A stretch of DNA of 63,761 nt, the filler included, from Octopus bimaculoides (Eukaryota): the NCBI RefSeq assembly GCF_001194135.2. It is 4 parts of 4 records of this genome, joined end to end, with 100 filler letters (N's around TTAATTAATTAA, not from the genome) between each part and the next. Parts side by side here need not be neighbours in the genome. Positions count along the whole stretch, not along the records: positions 1 to 27,386 come from NC_068996.1; 3 more parts are not named here. One strand, given 5' to 3'. Numbering within the stretch: the stretch's first letter is position 1; the number at the start of each line of letters is the position of its first letter. The position numbers were made by a program, and so were the translations under genes. Shown piece after piece: positions 12,596-26,020 of the stretch. Under the pieces are notes generated by a model. The model was not told where the DNA came from. It was given only the letters and a program-made list of their open reading frames with translations, and did not search any database.

Positions 12596-14452
12596 ACGAT
12601 TATTCGGTAGCCATGATAAAACTCCGAGTTTCGGATGTCGGGGCGGAAACCCAAGCCGGCAAATACCAATGGACCAGCACAGGATAGGTTTAAGAAGGAC
12701 ATTATCCAATTGATGAAAACTTTCAGTCTTGGCATAACTACAGATACCGACCTGATGGTTGTCAATTTCAAGATGTATCCTTAGATCTAAATATAAGAAT
12801 ATTTATAAACCTTATAGGAAGCCCAACGATAGACTTAGTTATATCAACGTGGGTTCCTGCCATCCCCCCATAGTGTTTAAAATTTAGTTTAAAACATTAG
12901 CAAAAGAATTTCTAGCCACTCCTCCGATAGGGACATTTTTAATAGCGTTTCCCCAGCATATAATAAGGCTCTAAAAGATAGTGGTTTTAGCGAGGAAATA
13001 ACCTATACACCTGCCACCAGTCCAATAATAAAGAAAAAGAAAACACAGGAATAGGAAAACTATCTGGTTCACACACCCCTGCTCACCCGAAGTGACCTTT
13101 AATATCGGCAAGTATTGGGTTGTCCGGAAAGTTCGTGCTGATTTTTAAAGAAAAGAAAAGGTCAATAAATACTTGCCATTACATTTTTTAATCAACCAAA
13201 TATGAACCATTTTGTTGCACAATGCGTCTCCATCTTTCCTTTAACTTGAAAATACCCTCTTCACAGAATTGAGGTGGTTTNNNNNNNNNNNNNNNNNNNN
13301 NNNNNNNNNNNNNNNNNNNNNNNNNNNNNNNNNNNNNNNNNNNNNNNNNNNNNNNNNNNNNNNNNNNNNNNNNNNNNNNNNNNNNNNNNNNNNNNNNNNN
13401 NNNNNNNNNNNNNNNNNNNNNNNNNNNNNNNNNNNNNNNNNNNNNNNNNNNNNNNNNNNNNNNNNNNNNNNNNNNNNNNNNNNNNNNNNNNNNNNNNNNN
13501 NNNNNNNNNNNNNNNNNNNNNNNNNTTAAAAATATAATCGCACACAACACACAAAAACCACAATATGAAACCAGCTGTTCATGCAGGGATAAAAATTTGT
13601 GCCTGTTAAATGGAGCTTGCATATCTGCGACCACCATTTATGAAGCCACCATAGACTCTATATCCACTAAGAACATGGTTTCAATGAAGAAATACGTGGA
13701 CCTTACAGAGGGTAATTTCAAGGCCAGGTTCAATAATCACACCTTGAGCTTCAGGCACTGGGAGAAAAGGGAAATGACCAAATTATCCAGTCATATATGG
13801 TCCTTAAACGATAAAGGTGTCAGTTACAACATCCACTGGAAGATCTTAGCCAAGTGTAAGCCCTACACCAACAGCAGTATATAGACGTGTATATGAACCT
13901 TTTTTGTGCGCCTGTGTGTGAGCGTGTGTGCGTGTATGCAGAAATTACTTTTTGGTGAATGTGTGGGTGCGCATGTGTGTGTTTCAAGCAAGTGTGGACG
14001 CGCATATGCACATAGGCACATGTGTATGTATGGACATGCGCTCATATGCGTTCGCCACGAACATATTTACACCTTTTACTTTTTATTCTTTTTGCTTATT
14101 TTTTACACTTTTACACTTTTTTCTGTATTTTGCCTTTAGCCCTGTTTTTTCTTGTGCATGTGCGTATATAGACGTGTGTGTGAACTTTTGTGTGTGTGTG
14201 TGTGCGAGCATGTTGCGTGTGTGTATGCGGGTATGTATATATTTTTATTTTTTTGGCGAATGTGTGGGTGAGCATGTGTGTGTTTCAAGTGAGGGTAGAT
14301 GAGTATATACATATAAGCACATATGTGCGGGCGCGCAAGTGTATGTATGAACATGCGCACTTACGCGATTACTTTGTACTTTTTTACTCCTTTACTTTCC
14401 GCCCCGACATCCGAAACTCAGAGTTTTATCATGGCTACCGATAACTGTCGCA
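12596..14452 (+). mobile_element. Penelope-like element (RT C-terminus plus GIY-YIG endonuclease), 5'-truncated, with inverted terminal copy
   Basis: 12650-13110 gives VVNFQDVSLDLNIRIYKPYRKPNDRLSYINVGSCHPP...AYNKALKDSGF. ORF 13597-13884 gives CLLNGAC...IYEAT...KKYVDLTEGNFKARFNNHTLSF...LSSHIW (GIY-YIG). About 55 bp at 12596-12650 is inverted relative to 14396-14452. Confidence 0.85.
13115..13280 (-). mobile_element. Mariner transposon 3' end nested in the PLE
   Basis: TA at 13113-13114, then terminal sequence ttgggttgtccggaaagttcgtgc; minus-strand FCEEGIFKLKERWRRIVQQNGSY (mariner C-terminus). The remainder falls in an N gap. Confidence 0.8.
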
Positions 14453-15254
14453 TATTATATTTACAGATAAATTCCTCTATTTACATAATATCGAGGTCTC
14501 TTTCATTCTTTTGTTGTCTTACTATTTCTATCAATATATATATATATATNNNNNNNNNNNNNNNNNNNNNNNNNNNNNNNNNNNNNNNNNNNNNNNNNNN
14601 NNNNNNNNNNNNNNNNNNNNNNNNNNNNNNNNNNNNNNNNNNNNNNNNNNNNNNNNNNNNNNNNNNNNNNNNNNNNNNNNNNNNNNNNNNNNNNNNNNNN
14701 NNNNNNNNNNNNNNNNNNNNNNNNNNNNNNNNNNNNNNNNNNNNNNNNNNNNNNNNNNNNNNNNNNNNNNNNNNNNNNNNNNNNNNNNNNNNNNNNNNNN
14801 NNNNNNNNNNNNNNNNNNNNNNNNNNNNNNNNNNNNNNNNNNNNNNNNNNNNNNNNNNNNNNNNNNNNNNNNNNNNNNNNNNNNNNNNNNNNNNNNNNNN
14901 NNNNNNNNNNNNNNNNNNNNNNNNNNNNNNNNNNNNNNNNNNNNNNNNNNNNNNNNNNNNNNNNNNNNNNNNNNNNNNNNNNNNNNNNNNNNNNNNNNNN
15001 NNNNNNNNNNNNNNNNNNNNNNNNNNNNNNNNNNNNNNNNNNNNNNNNNNNNNNNNNNNNNNNNNNNNNNNNNNNNNNNNNNNNNNNNNNNNNNNNNNNN
15101 NNNNNNNNNNNNNNNNNNNNNNNNNNNNNNNNNNNNNNNNNNNNNNNNNNNNNNNNNNNNNNNNNNNNNNNNNNNNNNNNNNNNNNNNNNNNNNNNNNNN
15201 NNNNNNNNNNNNNNNNNNNNNNNNNNNNNNNNNNNNNNNNNNNNNNNNNNNNNN

Positions 15255-15298
<44 letters not shown>

Positions 15299-15379
15299 GC
15301 GTGTGTGCGTGTGTGTGTGCGTGTGTGTGTAGTTCAGATTTACAGAAAACAAAAGACGAAGACAGGTGAGGGAATAACA

Positions 15380-15480
15380 AGCAGGTGTATTAGTTTAACG
15401 CTTGGGAAGAATGAAAATGTTTTTTGACGTTTTCAGCCTACGCTCTTCGACAGAAAGGTTGAGAGGGGGGAAAACGGAGA
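15380..15480 (-). mobile_element. PLE terminal-repeat fragment with degenerate hammerhead-like motif
   Basis: Homologous to 30985-31070; minus strand reads ctttctgtcgaagagcgtaggctgaaaacgtc. Confidence 0.55.
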
Positions 15481-16399
15481 TAGCACGATAAAATGGAGAG
15501 AGAAAAAAGTTATATATGAGCCAAGGGGCTAAGTGTAGGAAGTTTGTAAGCTTCGAGAAGTCCGTTGTAGGTATAAAATAAACAACGTTCAGGAACAATA
15601 AAAAAATTATTGGCGAGGGTTGTAGACTTTTACTATATCGAAATCCGATAAGCTGAAAAGAAATTTTATAGCTCACGGTTATCAACTTGAATTGCTATGA
15701 ATGCGAATATAACTCCAGATTGAAGGAGTGGAGCAGATAAAATGTAGGCTACATATGTTTCTTAGCTAGCATATCCTCTGATATAATAATTACTCAACGA
15801 AGGGTACTCCACTAACTACTCACCAGGCCAAAGATACCTTAATTATATGCAGGTTAAGGAATCCCAAGTTAACTCCCCTCTAGATTGAATCTAGACCAAT
15901 AAAAGTAGCAAGCAAGTCTCTTTAAAATCTCATTGGATGGTTCTGAAATAGAATTTATCACAGTGTTTGTGTTTCACAACAGTATAGTACCAAATGGGTT
16001 GGCTGACATGAAAAACTAGCTTCATTAACATCTACAGTTTCGAACGTGGGATTCAAAATTAGTCCGTACAGCGCTCTTTCTCCCTCGATAGCGTTCAATA
16101 CGGCAATAACAGAACCCTTAAAATCTGAAGGTACATGCAGACGAAAAGGTCTTGAAATGTGTTGTAAAATGCTTTGTATTCACAAAAGAGAAACTGCTCT
16201 GCAGTTTTCCGGATTTTTATTGTCACTCATTTTTAAATATCAGAATTGTACAAAATCCAATCATCTCGTTCGACTTCTTTGTTTTTCTGACTACGTGTAG
16301 CTTATCAGCCATGTTCTCTCCTCCCGTTTTTAGTAATCCAGCACCAATGGCATCTCTACTGGGGGCTTTATGATTTTTTCATCCTTTTCACTAGCTTTT

Positions 16400-16800
16400 A
16401 CTATTTCCTTTTATTTCTCTTTTTTTTCTTTTCTTTTGTTATTTCCACATGAATGTCTGCATCAGATGGTCCATACGGGATTTCTGATATTGCTTCCAGG
16501 CTGTGTAGAAATTTGGCGTTAAGACGTTTGTTCAAAATGATCTCTCCAACATTGAAGTATCTCAGCCATGTTACTATGTAAGCTACCATCTTTGTCTTCT
16601 ATGGCATTGTTGTGTTTATTGCTCTTTCCTTCCATTTCACAGACTGATTTGAAAAGGTTATGGCTATTATTGTTCTTGAATTCAGCTTCTGGAAGTTCTA
16701 TTTTGTCTTGTAGATTCTTTTGTACTTTCACTATCGGCTTCATTATTTCATTCTGCTCTTAGTATTCTTTGAGAATATTCTCAGATTGATAAATATTGAT
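16400..16800 (-). mobile_element. Decayed LINE ORF2 linker fragment (RTE-like)
   Basis: AIEDKDGSLHSNMAEILQCWRDHFEQ resembles the IxDKxG...I..RW.EHF motif upstream of LINE RT domains. Confidence 0.6.
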
Positions 16801-16996
16801 TTGTAACTATGGCTCACGGTTACACATTTAATATAGCGACTAATAAATTTTATTGACTTGAAACTGGTACATTACTGGTACAAAATAGGGAAAAGATATA
16901 TGATAGATTAAACTGGTTCCAATATTTGATTAGTATTTTATTCTATCAACGAAACTTGATTAACACTTATTCCTAACAGTAACACAACGCTAGTTT

Positions 16997-17077
<81 letters not shown>

Positions 17078-17439
17078 CGTAGCTTAAAGAGTTGATTATA
17101 TCGAACCTAGTATTTGACTGAAACTTTATTTTATTTTCTAAAAGATGGCAAAGTCGACCTTTGCAGGAATTGAAACCAACAAGGTGACAAACGATCCCTG
17201 TTAGCTTCCTTGTCATGCATTCCATACACGTCATCGAATTTTTCATAGGAGAATACAAAGGTGGTTATCCGTCACCTTTTTTTTCCCCCTGTTTTTCACG
17301 ATATACCATTTTGTAGATAAGTTCGCCACATCGGTCTGAGCATGAAAAGCATATAAAGCCGAAACAAAAACTGCGAATCAACAATTTCTTTTTTGTCTTC
17401 TTTTCTTTTTTATCTTAGTGGTCTCCGAATTAAACTTAT

Positions 17440-17700
17440 ATGCAGCTCTGGACTAGTGCATTAGTTTATCGACCCCGGAAAGTGGAAAGACAAAGTTGGC
17501 TTGAGTGGGATTTGAACTCGGAATGTAAAAAAGCGAAACAAATACAGCAAAGCATTTTTTTTTCCGACGTTCTAACAATTCTCGCGATCTACTTCAGTGG
17601 TTTAGTATTTTATTTTATCGACTCTCAGGAAGGATAAAAGACGAATTCGATTTGGACAGGATTTGGAATCAGGACGTAAAGAGGAATTTTTTGTACGATG
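17440..17700 (-). mobile_element. Two degenerate SINE family 1 fragments
   Basis: tttatcgaccccggaaag...gatttgaactcggaatgt and ttttatcgactctcaggaaggataaaag. Confidence 0.7.
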
Positions 17701-18170
17701 CTTCACCGGTTCAACCTTATTGTTCCTATAATAATGAATGATAAGAATCAACAATTCATAATATAAAGGGCCATAACCAAATACTGAAAGATATTTAGTC
17801 CAAGTATGGTTTCTGCCTCAATACTGCGCCTGCAGAATTCCAAAACTAGAGGACATTTTTATATTCAAAAGAGCATCTTAGTATTTTACACTATATCTTT
17901 GTTGCAGACATGGCTGAACTGGTTGAGAAGTTCGCTTTACGGTAACGTGGTTTCGCGTCCAACCCTACTGCGAAGTACTTTGTCTTCTACTCTGCCTTGT
18001 GAGTTAATTTCCTAGAAAACTGTACACTTATTTGCAGCTCTGTTTCGGTAGAATTTTTAGAGCATCGGAAACAATGCTTTGCAGTATTTGTTTTGCTTCT
18101 TTACATTCCAAGTTCAAATCTCACTTTCTGGGGTCGATAAATTAACGTATCACTCCTGTGCTGCATATAT

Positions 18171-18369
18171 GTGTAAAGTATTACATATCCATCACGGCAA
18201 ATCTTACCAATCGGTTTCGCGCTAGGGGTACAACGGAGTGTTAGGTAACAATCCGATAATATAACCCTACGCTCAACAGAGGTAGCTGATATGAAATGAA
18301 ATATAGTGACTGCTCTCGCGCGAAACCGATTGACAAGATCAACTGTGATGGATATTTAATACCATACAC
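18171..18369. mobile_element. MITE-like foldback, about 52-bp imperfect inverted arms
   Basis: 18171-18222 (gtgtaaagtattacatatccatcacgg...aatcggtttcgcgc) versus 18318-18369 (gcgcgaaaccgatt...gtgatggatatttaataccatacac). Confidence 0.65.
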
Positions 18370-18445
18370 TTCGGATAATATACCCATTCTATTGATATAT
18401 ATACGAGTACATCTTTTCCCTGGCTTATGGACTTTAGGACAACTT

Positions 18446-18544
<99 letters not shown>

Positions 18545-18681
18545 TGTGTGTGTGTGTATCTATGTGTGTGTGTGTGTGCGTGTGTGTAAAAAATTAAAAC
18601 ATAAAAAGACGTTTATACTAAGAATTACCATGTTACTAACATTTGGTGGTTTCACACGCAGTTTAAGGTTTAAATTACTGT

Positions 18682-18856
18682 GACACAGGGCCCGAAAGTT
18701 TGGGGGAGAGGGCCAGTCGATTAGATCGACCCCAGTACACAGCTGGTACTTAATTCATCGACCCCGAAAGGATGAAAGAACTCAGAATGTAAAGACAGAC
18801 GAAATACTGCTAAGCATTTCGCCCACTCATGCTAATTATTCTGCCAGCTTGCCGTC
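18682..18856 (-). mobile_element. SINE family 1, internally deleted
   Basis: cacagggcccgaaagtttggg...gatcgaccccagtac...atcgaccccgaaaggatgaaag...ctgccagcttgcc. Confidence 0.85.
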
Positions 18857-18914
18857 TTTGTGGAATAATATATTTATGTATATAAATACGTGTGTGCATT
18901 CGTGCCTTTACTTA

Positions 18915-19110
18915 CTCCTCCCCATCATTTGCCAATCGACGTTGGTTTGTTTATGTAGCCGTAACTTAATAGTTTGGCAAAAGAGCTCGATAGAATATTT
19001 ACCACACTTTAAAAAGTAAATACTGAAGTTGTCGTGATCGTCTAAACCCTTCAAGGCAGTGCTTCAGCATGGCCGTAGTCGAATGAATGAATAAGTAAAA
19101 GAATAAATTT
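18915..19110 (+). mobile_element. SINE family 2 (CORE-type) 3' half
   Basis: gtttgtttatgtagccgtaactt...ggcaaaagagctcgatagaata...aaggcagtgcttcagcatggccg...gtaaaagaataaa matches the tail of 19605-19995. Confidence 0.75.
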
Positions 19111-19604
19111 GTAGAGATAGAGAATGCAGGGTTCACTGATTTGATTCTACCACCACCACCACGGACAATATTATATTACTGTTATTTGTTTTAAACTCTG
19201 GAGCGATAAAGGATAAAAACGTAACCCAACCGAAATAAAATACAGAACACTGAAGAATGCAACTAATTAAAAGCATGCGATATTTTAGCCAAGCAGTCTT
19301 CCATTTCTCTCGCAACATTTCCCTTCAGCATTCCAATCCAAGCGAATTAAATGCACTCAAATAATAATTAATTAAGATAATTAAATTAAGATAATTATGA
19401 CACAAATATATGATGACTTGAATACATGGTATTGATAAGTCACAATAATGGCGAAATATCAGTATCTACCATTCTCGGTGATTCTGAGGTGAGTTGTTTC
19501 GTCTGGTCTCTCACATTCAGGTGTTCTTTAAGACTCGGCGTCCTGCAAGAAGCTTTCCCTGGATGCTATCCTACAGCAAATTTTGCATATAAACAAAAAT
19601 AGGC

Positions 19605-19995
19605 GCATACGTGACTGTGTAGTAAGAAGTTTGCTTCCCAACCGCATGGGTTCAGCCTCATTGTGTGGTATCTTCTACTATAGCCTAGCCTTGAGTTGAC
19701 CGAAGCCTTTTGAGTGGATTTGGTAAAAGGAAACTGAAATAAGCCTGCCGTATGTGTGTGTTCTCGTGTGTGCATGTATGTGCGTGTCATTGTGTCTGTG
19801 TTTGTTCCCCACAACCGCTTGACAACCGATGTTGGTGTGTTTACATCCCCATAACTTAGCGGCTCAGCAAAAGACACCGATAGAATAAATACCAAGCCTT
19901 ACAAAGAAATAATAAGTCATGGGGACAATTCATTCGACTAAAATTCTTGAAGGCGGTGCTCCAGTATGGCTGCAATCTAATGACTGAAAAAAATA
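19605..19995 (+). mobile_element. SINE family 2 (tRNA head, CORE-like centre, internal microsatellite, tail)
   Basis: gtgtagtaagaagtttgcttcccaacc...tcttctactatagcc...gagtggatttggtaaaaggaaactgaa...cataacttagcggctcagcaaaag...ggcggtgctccagtatggc. Other copies show ggcaccttgggcaagtgtctt, resembling the CORE domain. Confidence 0.85.
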
Positions 19996-20699
19996 GATAT
20001 GACATATATACAAGGGGATCTTGACGCGCTAGCTCGACCTGCTGGAAATAATAACGGAATACAAAATTATGAATTGCATTTCAGCAATTAAAAGTAAAAA
20101 AGAAACATTACGTGTTCATAGATGCAATGTGTTTGAATAAAAGAAGTGATGGTCGCAACTGGAACAATAACTTTGAAGAGAAGTCTGGAGAAACGGGGGT
20201 GGACCGAATATAAACAACAACAATAAGAACGGCAAAAGAAAGCAAAGATAGTTTGGGGAGACTTTGTGAAGTGACATCTATTTCATGCTGTGACAGTAAA
20301 TTGGTTTAGTAGTGATCAGCGGAAGATCACTGTATGTCAGTGAATTGTTAGAGATGAAGAAGAATATAACTCTGTGTGGGGGGGGGGGTATTTTGGGCGT
20401 TGTGGTTCCCGATAAGGCTAGCTTAGCGGTTTTCTTTTTGTCTCCATGTCGAAAAGAAAACTGATAGTTGGCATGCCTTTTTTGATGTCACTCTCATATA
20501 AACAAATTTATTTTTTCTTCTGAGTATCGTTTTGTAGAATTGAGGTACCCTCAGTTTCGCATACCACAGGGTTCCTCGCATCCTTGGTAGAGTGGTCAAG
20601 TATCTGAATGTCTGAAGTTACGTTTCGTAGAAGGCGCTTTTTGTAACTTACTTGTAATAGTGTTTTTCATGTTCGGACAGCAGCTGTAAGAAACTATCA

Positions 20700-21410
20700 A
20701 AAGACGTCTTTTAAAAAATTTCTTGTACATATGACTATCCGGGAAATGCTTATCTATAAAGGCTAGTAATTTGTCTTAATATTAACGCTTGTCTTAATAT
20801 TGAAGAGAAAGATAATACAGTGGTGAACCATATAATTTTTCTTGGTTTATTATTATGGTTTGTACTCTTTATGGTGGGGAGTAAGATATCTTATCTTTGA
20901 AGCGTTATCCAGATCGTTATTATAGTAGAAGCTGCATTACAGAATAATCTCTTAATAGAGGGGAGATTAGATATCTTATTACTAATATTAAAGGACGAGA
21001 GAGAGAGATTAAAAGGTGTATGTATCTACGTCAGTTTTCCATTAGGTTTATGATAGGACTACTAAGAGCATATGTCTAAGAGCACGAGTTAAGTCTAGCA
21101 AAACCGCTTTACAGAGGCTTGTAGTTACTGTGATATTGAGGCCTAATTTTCGAAAGTTAGATATAAGATTTTTTTCCTAAATGTATTGAGGATATGAAGA
21201 TAACCTCTGTGACATATGCCTTAGGAACTTAAATTTCAATGTATTGAATATAAAAATATCTACTAGAGCACAAATATCAGCACTGCCATACGATCCCATA
21301 AATGCATCAAAGAATTCGTCTGTTTCTGATTTGTTTGACCCACACTGAACCCTTTCTGAAAAGAAATGGGGATTTCGCGTATGAAAACTCAAATTAAGGT
21401 CTCTTAACCA
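20700..21410 (-). mobile_element. Degenerate Penelope-like RT fragment
   Basis: FFDAFMGSYGSADICALVDIFIFNTL resembles the PLE FDVTMGSYDGAEVCELVG motif. Confidence 0.65.
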
Positions 21411-21455
21411 GATATTACATACATACATGCATGCATACATACATACATACATACA

Positions 21456-21486
<31 letters not shown>

Positions 21487-22549
21487 CATACGATTCTCAT
21501 CTACCCCGATTTACTTGTGTGTTTTTATGCACTATGCATCTGCATGAGAGAATCTCTCAAGTTTAATACCGCAGTATTCGCTGTTCTAACAAGACATCCA
21601 CGTTGAGTTGGATATAAAAACTGCCTTTTGTTGTTAATAGTTTCCTTGCTAACAGTTATTTATTGCATATATATATATATATGCACATCATATATGTGAG
21701 TGTGCGTGTGTGTGCGTGAATGCATTTCTTTAGGGATGTATTTTGGGGGAATTCTGCAAAGGAAAATGTCCATTTTCTTTTTCTTTTGCAGAATTCAAGT
21801 CAGTCACCCTCAAAGTGGTGTGACCCGTTTGTTTAAGTCAAGACAGCTCTTGGAGTTTCTGGTTATCTACATTGATTGATATGTATAAATGTGACGTGTG
21901 TGAGTATGCGGGCGAATAAATTTGCACTCGTGTCGTGTGTGTGTATATCACGTTAGTACACTAGCGTGTATACTTCATTATTGTTCATGTGGAACATCAA
22001 AAGGGAAATCCTTGAAGTTTTTTACACACATTTTAGTGTTCCTCAAATCGATTGCAACTACAGAGTGTGAATCATTTTACCCAAGCATTTCTGGGTTCCC
22101 AAGCAAATCTATCGTTACATAGCCTAGTGTATTTGTAATAGGAGGGACAAATGAAAATTTGTACTGGATATAAGAACTGAAAGTTTCTCATCAACGAGGC
22201 ATTCAAATGCACCTCCTATCTCTGAGCATGATTTTTGTCCCTGTCCCATTGAACACTACCTGGTCTGGTGAATTTACGCCGGGTTCCATTTTTATTGGAA
22301 TGTTCCATCAGTATCCTTTATTTTGAAAGGTTTAGATATTTTCTGGTTCTGGTATTGTCATAATGATAACCTTTTTGTGTATTTCATTGCAGACTGTCTT
22401 AGCGATAACATTATGTTTCATGATCAGATTCTGATGATGTTGGTTAAATCTTCTACTCTGGTATGGTACAACCGATATTTTCTATCAGAATGTGAAATTT
22501 TAGAGACATTTTAATTTCTCCTCTTTATCAGATATTCAATAGCTATCTC

Positions 22550-22815
22550 CTGTTTTTAGATAGCAAAGGCATAACCTTTTAGGCGAGATGTGATGTACTC
22601 ATCATAGACTAAGAAGAGGCTACTACTCCCGTCAATGTTGGTGGAGTTCTCTAGCTTGTAGAGTGTGGTGCCCATATATAGCTTTCTGTTGGTATGGTGA
22701 GTATTCCTACATCAAGTCTCTCTTTATGTTGGTCTATCCCAGTCACAGTTGATTTACTCTCAGAGTATCTGTTTGAGAGTTGTTCGCCTAATTTCATACT
22801 TTTATTAGCTTCGTT
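22550..22815 (-). mobile_element. Very degenerate GIY-YIG (PLE) fragment
   Basis: RRTTLKQIL...KLYMGTT / LQARELHQH across a frameshift resembles YIGxTxRxLxxRxxQH. Confidence 0.4.
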
Positions 22816-23149
22816 GTGGAGTATACTCATGCTATGTTTATTTCCCTCTCTATAGTTGTCTTAGATTCCATGGATGGATGGATGGATGGATGGATGGACG
22901 GACGGATGGATGGATGGATGGATGTTAGATACACATATGCAGTATGTATTATGGCAAACTTGTTACCACAAATATGCATACATATTTTTAGAAAGTGACA
23001 CTTTTAAGAAGCTTTCCCCCTCATACATACACACATTTTGTACACACACACAGTATAACAACATTGCCTCACATACACACTTATTCTCGTACTAACATAT
23101 ACAGTATAACGATAATGTTTCTCTCTCTCTTTCTCTCTCTTTCTTTCTT

Positions 23150-23254
<105 letters not shown>

Positions 23255-24361
23255 AACACACACAAATATTCTGGTATTTACATACAGAGTATAACAACGT
23301 TGTCTCTCACTGACACCCACTATAAACTTTATATTGAATGTCACATGTAAATTATGAACTATTTTTATGTTAATATCTTGGCAAGACAATTCAATTGTAT
23401 TACATTTTGATGTAAATAACAACTTCTTTTCATATCATTCAAACATCAACTGTTCAACATGAACTCTTATATATCTGCCATGTAAATTCTTTCATATCTT
23501 TTATTCACTGCTCAGCATTAATCATGCTTGAACGGTGTTTTAAACGAACAATTTTAACTAAACACAATGCTTCTTACACAATGTTACCTTGCATAATTTA
23601 ACTTGTGTTCTTTGTCGGTCATCCGTTTTGGTGACTTAACATTATCTCAAACAAGAAATCGGCCATTTTCACCTACAATCACATCGTCTTTCTTCTTTCT
23701 TTTTTTCATCTTCTTCCTTCCTTCTTTTTTCATCTTCTTCCCTCTTTCTTCTTCTTGCTCCTGAATGGCCAAACGTATGGTTGACTATTTGTACCATTTT
23801 CCTTTTTTTCTTTACTTTTCTATTCGTTTGTTTTTGTTTTCTCGAGATAGTTAAATCATCTTTATTCAAAATTACTTTGGCAGCAGAGCTCATGGCTTTC
23901 GCTTATTTTAACAACTCCCACAAGAAATAAGAGGTAAAGCGGCATTCTTTCAGTTACTGATCACAAATTGAAAGTACGAATATTGACACTATTTACTAGT
24001 GTCCAGGTGAACGTGTCCAATAGGCATCCCATTTCTTTTTCTTCAAAAATTTCGTCTAATTCCTATGTTTTACAATAATGAAAAATTAAGATTTCGCAAA
24101 AAAAAAAAAAAATGAGAGAAAATTTTCTAAATTTTTAATTAACCAGTCTCACATACACACACATTTTTATTTAAATTTTTCGAATTTTTGTTGGTGAATG
24201 GGAGGATTCTACTTTTAAAGTTCAAAGATTATGAATCAGAATTTTTTTTTTTCTTCGACAAAATTTCAATGCCGATTGATTACAATAATTTTTGTGATCA
24301 TAAACCGAAAGAATCCAGATAGAATAATCCTCGACATGGTTTGAACTCAAACTTTCTTTAC

Positions 24362-24427
24362 GGGGCGTTGTTTCCACAAAGTATTTAGTTCTCTGCACCA
24401 TCGCTTCTTCCACTTCATTTGCTCCCT
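24362..24427 (-). CDS. Candidate internal exon (66 nt, phase 1-1): xGANEVEEAMVQRTKYFVETTP
   Basis: Acceptor gattttag, donor gtaaag, open frame. Product not recognised. Confidence 0.3.
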
Positions 24428-25817
24428 CTAAAATCGATAATAAATATTGATCAGTATGAAATTATGCACCACATAGTGTTTAGATTTCGTAAATTTGCAC
24501 GAAATGGAACAATGGAACTAACAGAATAGTATTGTCACATATGTACAGTTTGACGGACAGACACAAAATAAAGTTTTCTTGATGATTAAAGAACAATACA
24601 AGTATAAAACAGTACTGTTCATAAGAACTGATGTATGTAAATTGAAGGATATCTACGAGTTTGGTGATCAATATTTAGGACAGAACAAAGCCAGACATTA
24701 TAAATTCTTAGGAAAAGTAAATTAATATTCATTTAGAGACAGGCAGCAGTTACAAAAACGAAATGAAACGATGTTAAATGGAGTCGATTAATTTGGAGGG
24801 TAAGGAAGTTGCTACGTTAAATATATGCTTTTCTCTATTTACATCTGCTCCTTTGCTGAGTTTTAGTTCAGGTAGTACAGATGAAATAACAGTAATATCC
24901 TAAGCATGATTCAATTTATTATTAGTCCTTCTTAACAGTTTTGTACCTTTTCTTTTTTTTTTCTTTTTTTTTCTCTTTTTTTTTCTTTGCATCGAAGACA
25001 TTCGAAGAATCGACTGCAGGACTGCTGCTAAAGAAAGATATTTTTACTGCAGAAAGTTTTATCTTAATCAAGGTTGTAGTTGAACGCAACAAATCACAGA
25101 TAATTTTACACATTTGCATAATAACTGCACATTATCCATCATTTTGCTGCTGCTACTGCTGTTGCTGCTGCTGTTAAATATGAGGTGGTGTTGGTGGTGG
25201 TGATAGTAGTGCTGGTGGTCAAGGGTTTCTTCTTGAAATATTTCTGTCTAGACGTGTCAGTTAGGAACCATTAAAGACAAAGGTCAGATGACATTGTCAC
25301 CTAGTGAAAGTGATAACAAAAATTCTCAACCGATTGAAGTTAACGTTATCTTAGAGATCTGGATAAATTTATCGACCAATAACCAAGAAAGCACGGCCTA
25401 TTTTAGCCATTCTCAGCTTATCAATTTCTCAACTTATAATGTGATTTAGAAGTAACATTTGTAACTGAAAGATGGACTTTTATTCAGCTTGAATATAATT
25501 AGTTTCATATAATAAATTAATTATTTATGAGATTATTCTTGACATAAACATGCGGATGATGCCTCGGTCGATAGATTAACAGATAACCAGCTGAGAGGTT
25601 AGAGGTTCATATCCTGTTGCCAATACTTCAGTGAATTTTGTCACCACAAAAATGTAAGTTTCAAATGAACCAGTCCACTTGGCTGCAAATACGGATCACA
25701 GAGTGACTAGAAATTGCATCGTTGTAAAACTGACAAGTATCATTTGTTTGCTGTTCTGAGTTCAATACCTTCCATAGGCCTGGAGAAAACAGTTCACCTT
25801 GTATTAGGTCAGTATTT

Positions 25818-26020
25818 CTCATCATCATCATCATCATTTAATGTCTGTTTTCCATACTGGCGTGAGTTGGATGGCTTGACAGGATCTGATGAGCTGAAGG
25901 ATTGTACCAAGTCCCAATGTCTGCCTTGGAATGGTTTCTATGGCTAGATGCTGCCCTTCCTAAAGTGAACCACTGTACAGTGTGTACCAGAAGCTTTTAT
26001 TTTTTCATGGCACCAGCACT
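25818..26020 (-). mobile_element. SINE family 3 (Deu/Nin-domain-like) with (GAT)n tail
   Basis: Minus strand reads ...ttaggaagggcagcatctagccatagaaacc..., like the aggaagggcatccagc Deu/Nin motif (from recollection); (CAT)n tail on the plus strand. Confidence 0.55.

Noticed and set aside
23862-23945. Signal-peptide-like minus-strand ORF MPLYLLFLVGVVKISESHELCCQ
   Set aside because: 27 codons with no compatible downstream exon identified; could be chance.
25886-25892. CTGATGA hammerhead core
   Set aside because: No stem II followed by GAAA downstream; it lies inside a SINE.
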